This document shows, in pieces, positions 34,425 through 36,001 of a stretch of DNA of 36,001 nucleotides (position 1 is the stretch's first letter; each line of letters opens with the position of its first letter). The DNA is taken from positions 1 through 36,001 of the forward strand of contig CALEIW010000051.1 of NCBI GenBank assembly GCA_937876055.1, given 5' to 3'. A program made the position numbers and the translations under genes. This DNA is from an uncultured euryarchaeote. Lineage in GTDB: Archaea; Thermoplasmatota; Poseidoniia; Poseidoniales; Thalassarchaeaceae. Below the pieces are notes generated by a model that had not been told where the DNA came from, did not search any database, and was given only the letters and a program-made list of their open reading frames with translations.

Positions 34425-35378
34425 TCAATCAGTAGTCATTGAGGACTCGTCAGAGGCTGAATCTGGCAATTCTGCTTCTTCTTTCTGTTGTCTTTCGAAC
34501 GCTTCCAGACGATTATTCAGATGTTCAGCAACCGCTCCAGCGACATTTACTCCAGATGCACCCTCGATTCCTTCTAGGCCAGGACTTGAATTGACTTCCA
34601 GAACAAGTGGGCCGTTACTCGATTCCAAGAGGTCGACACCAGCAATATCCATGCCGAGGATATTTGCCGCTGAAAGCGCTACTGAGACAAATTCCTCATT
34701 CAACTGAACTCTCTCTACACTTCCTCCAAGGTGGAAGTTAGATCTGAACTCACTTCCCGATGCTCGACGTCGCATAGCAGCGGCGACTTTTCCACCGACG
34801 ACGAGAACTCGGATATCTTTACCATGAGATTCCTCAATATATGTCTGGACTAATGGTTTCATTCCTCTCTCCAGCATTTGGCTTACGAGTTGTCTAACTT
34901 GAGGATAGTTTCTAGCGAGGAATACACCAGAACCCTGAGTCCCCTCGGTTGCCTTTACGACACAAGGAACTCCACCAACTCGAGCCAATGCACTGTCTAC
35001 GTCTGTGGTAGAAGCGACATGGGCTGTTACGGGGATAGGAACTCCTGCATCCGCCATCAATTGGCTAGCTAGGAGTTTGTCCCGACTCTGTTCAATCGAA
35101 AGAGACTGATTGAGAACAATTACTCCCATTTGCTCGAATTGACGAACTATTGCCACACCTCTTCGAGTAATGGAGAATCCAATTCGCGGAATCACCGCTT
35201 CACATTCGATTGGCCATCCACGGTGGAATATTCGCCCACCCTTCTCATCAACCACTACAGTGAGCCTTAATGGATCGATGATTCGAACCGCCCATCCAGC
35301 CTTCTGGGCTTCTTCTGCAAGACGGCGGGTTGAGTACAACCTCGGACCGCGCGAGAGAATGACCAGGCGTGGATACAT
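34425..35378 (-). CDS. rimK: RimK-family alpha-L-glutamate ligase (ATP-grasp)
   Basis: MYPRLVILSRGPRLYSTRRL..., CVVKATEGTQGSGVFL, DIRVLVVGGKV, GVDLLESSNGPLVLEVNSSPGLEGIE. On the minus strand a poly-T (34405-34410) follows the stop. Confidence 0.9.
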   Translation of the reverse strand: MYPRLVILSRGPRLYSTRRLAEEAQKAGWAVRIIDPLRLTVVVDEKGGRIFHRGWPIECEAVIPRIGFSITRRGVAIVRQFEQMGVIVLNQSLSIEQSRDKLLASQLMADAGVPIPVTAHVASTTDVDSALARVGGVPCVVKATEGTQGSGVFLARNYPQVRQLVSQMLERGMKPLVQTYIEESHGKDIRVLVVGGKVAAAMRRRASGSEFRSNFHLGGSVERVQLNEEFVSVALSAANILGMDIAGVDLLESSNGPLVLEVNSSPGLEGIEGASGVNVAGAVAEHLNNRLEAFERQQKEEAELPDSASDESSMTTD

Positions 35379-35513
35379 GTTCCGCGCCCACCACCACCCC
35401 CTCTTGAGTCTGACGGATGCAGAGTGGGATGAGAATATTCTCTATTTCCCAATCTAACTCAAAAATTTGTGAAAATTAGCCATTCTGGCTGCTTCCCTCA
35501 CACGCGCGTATGC

Positions 35514-35534
35514 GCGTTCCGCAAAGCGGAACGC
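35514..35534. promoter_or_regulatory. perfect 9-bp inverted repeat with 3-nt spacer (GCGTTCCGC aaa GCGGAACGC) between divergent rimK and the SAP-domain gene
   Basis: Read directly. An adjacent arm ACGCGC (35502-35507)/GCGCGT (35512-35517) overlaps the 5' arm of this repeat, so the two structures are mutually exclusive. Confidence 0.4.
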
Positions 35535-35589
35535 CGAAGGAGTTGAAAGCCCCAGTGTACGACTCCCTAGCGTAAGTCGAACAGGAGGG

Positions 35590-36001
35590 ATGGGTCTGGA
35601 CCGTGATTCACTATCATCAATGAAGGTCTCAGAACTACGTACTTTGTGTAAAGAAAAGGGACTACTCATCTCCGGTAAGAAGGAGGAGTTAATCTCTCGT
35701 TTACTCGGTGAGAAGACACCTGAAAGCTCACCTGAAACCAAAACCCCATCGTCTAGTTCAGAACAAGACAAGGACGATGCAATAGATCGACTTCTTTCCC
35801 GTTTTGAGTCCGGTGGGGAAGGAGAACCACAGGAAGTAGCTGTAGAAACTGAACCCGAACCTGTAGAAATTCTCGAAGCAGAAGTCATGGAGGCCGATAT
35901 AGTCGAGGCCGAAATTGAGACCGAGGCTGAGGAAGACCTAGAGTTGGTCCTCGAAAGTGACGAGGAAGAAATAACTCCTGTAACAAAAAAACCAGAGTTA
36001 A
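35590..36001 (+). CDS. SAP/Rho_N-like helix-extended-helix domain protein with acidic low-complexity region (partial, runs off window)
   Basis: Not in the ORF track because no stop is reached. My translation from ATG 35590 is MGLDRDSLSSMKVSELRTLCKEKGLLISGKKEELISRLLGEK..., then E/P/T-rich, with no stop codon to 36001. The motif L-x2-L-x3-C/L-x3-GL-x3-G-x-K-x-ELI-x-RL is the SAP/Rho_N consensus. Confidence 0.65.
   Translation, partial: MGLDRDSLSSMKVSELRTLCKEKGLLISGKKEELISRLLGEKTPESSPETKTPSSSSEQDKDDAIDRLLSRFESGGEGEPQEVAVETEPEPVEILEAEVMEADIVEAEIETEAEEDLELVLESDEEEITPVTKKPEL

Noticed and set aside
35454-35888. 144-aa minus-strand ORF listed in the track
   Set aside because: It is a Ser/Pro-rich low-complexity translation with no motif. 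The opposite strand encodes a clean SAP/Rho_N-like motif in an ORF open to the window end, so this is an antisense shadow.
1-36001. CRISPR arrays, IS elements/transposases, prophage modules, and toxin-antitoxin or restriction-modification genes
   Set aside because: I scanned the ORF translations and intergenic regions. I found no regularly spaced direct repeats, no DDE/HUH/serine recombinase, and no nuclease-ATPase defence-type pairs. The only recombinase is Xer-like, with housekeeping flanks.

Overview
This window looks like an ordinary, mostly housekeeping chromosomal stretch of an archaeal genome. Archaeal markers are FEN-1, Sec61-beta, an Lrp/AsnC regulator, a XerA-like tyrosine recombinase, a THUMP tRNA methyltransferase, a NOL1/NOP2/Sun m5C methyltransferase, tRNA-Arg(UCG) and tRNA-Ser(UGA). 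Several metabolic genes are of bacterial type: 759-aa-class MaeB malic enzyme, fused RibD, PabC plus a fused PabB-PabA, a DAG-kinase-like lipid kinase, RimK, and a coxB-coxA-coxC-subunit IV A-type heme-copper oxidase operon. I associate this mix, together with a 2861-aa surface protein, with aerobic marine planktonic Euryarchaeota (Marine Group II-like). That taxonomic call is inference only. I saw no CRISPR array, transposase, toxin-antitoxin pair, restriction-modification genes or any recognisable defence or mobile system, and I cannot support a claim of a novel multi-gene system. The items most worth a second look are: (1) a 341-bp ORF-poor, helix-dense gap at 16006-16346 that looks like an unassigned structured RNA; (2) a secreted polyanionic protein with thrombospondin-type-3-like Asp repeats and a perfect (Gly-Gln)27 tract encoded by a 12-nt tandem repeat; (3) cytochrome oxidase subunit I carrying an extra N-terminal signal anchor, an extracytoplasmic domain of about 150 aa and one more TM helix; (4) the giant beta-propeller/Fn3-like surface protein; (5) a partial SAP/Rho_N-like protein at the right edge, preceded by a perfect 21-bp palindrome; (6) a repeat-motif-dense non-coding 336 bp at the left edge. 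All domain calls come from motif recognition by eye, with no searches run.
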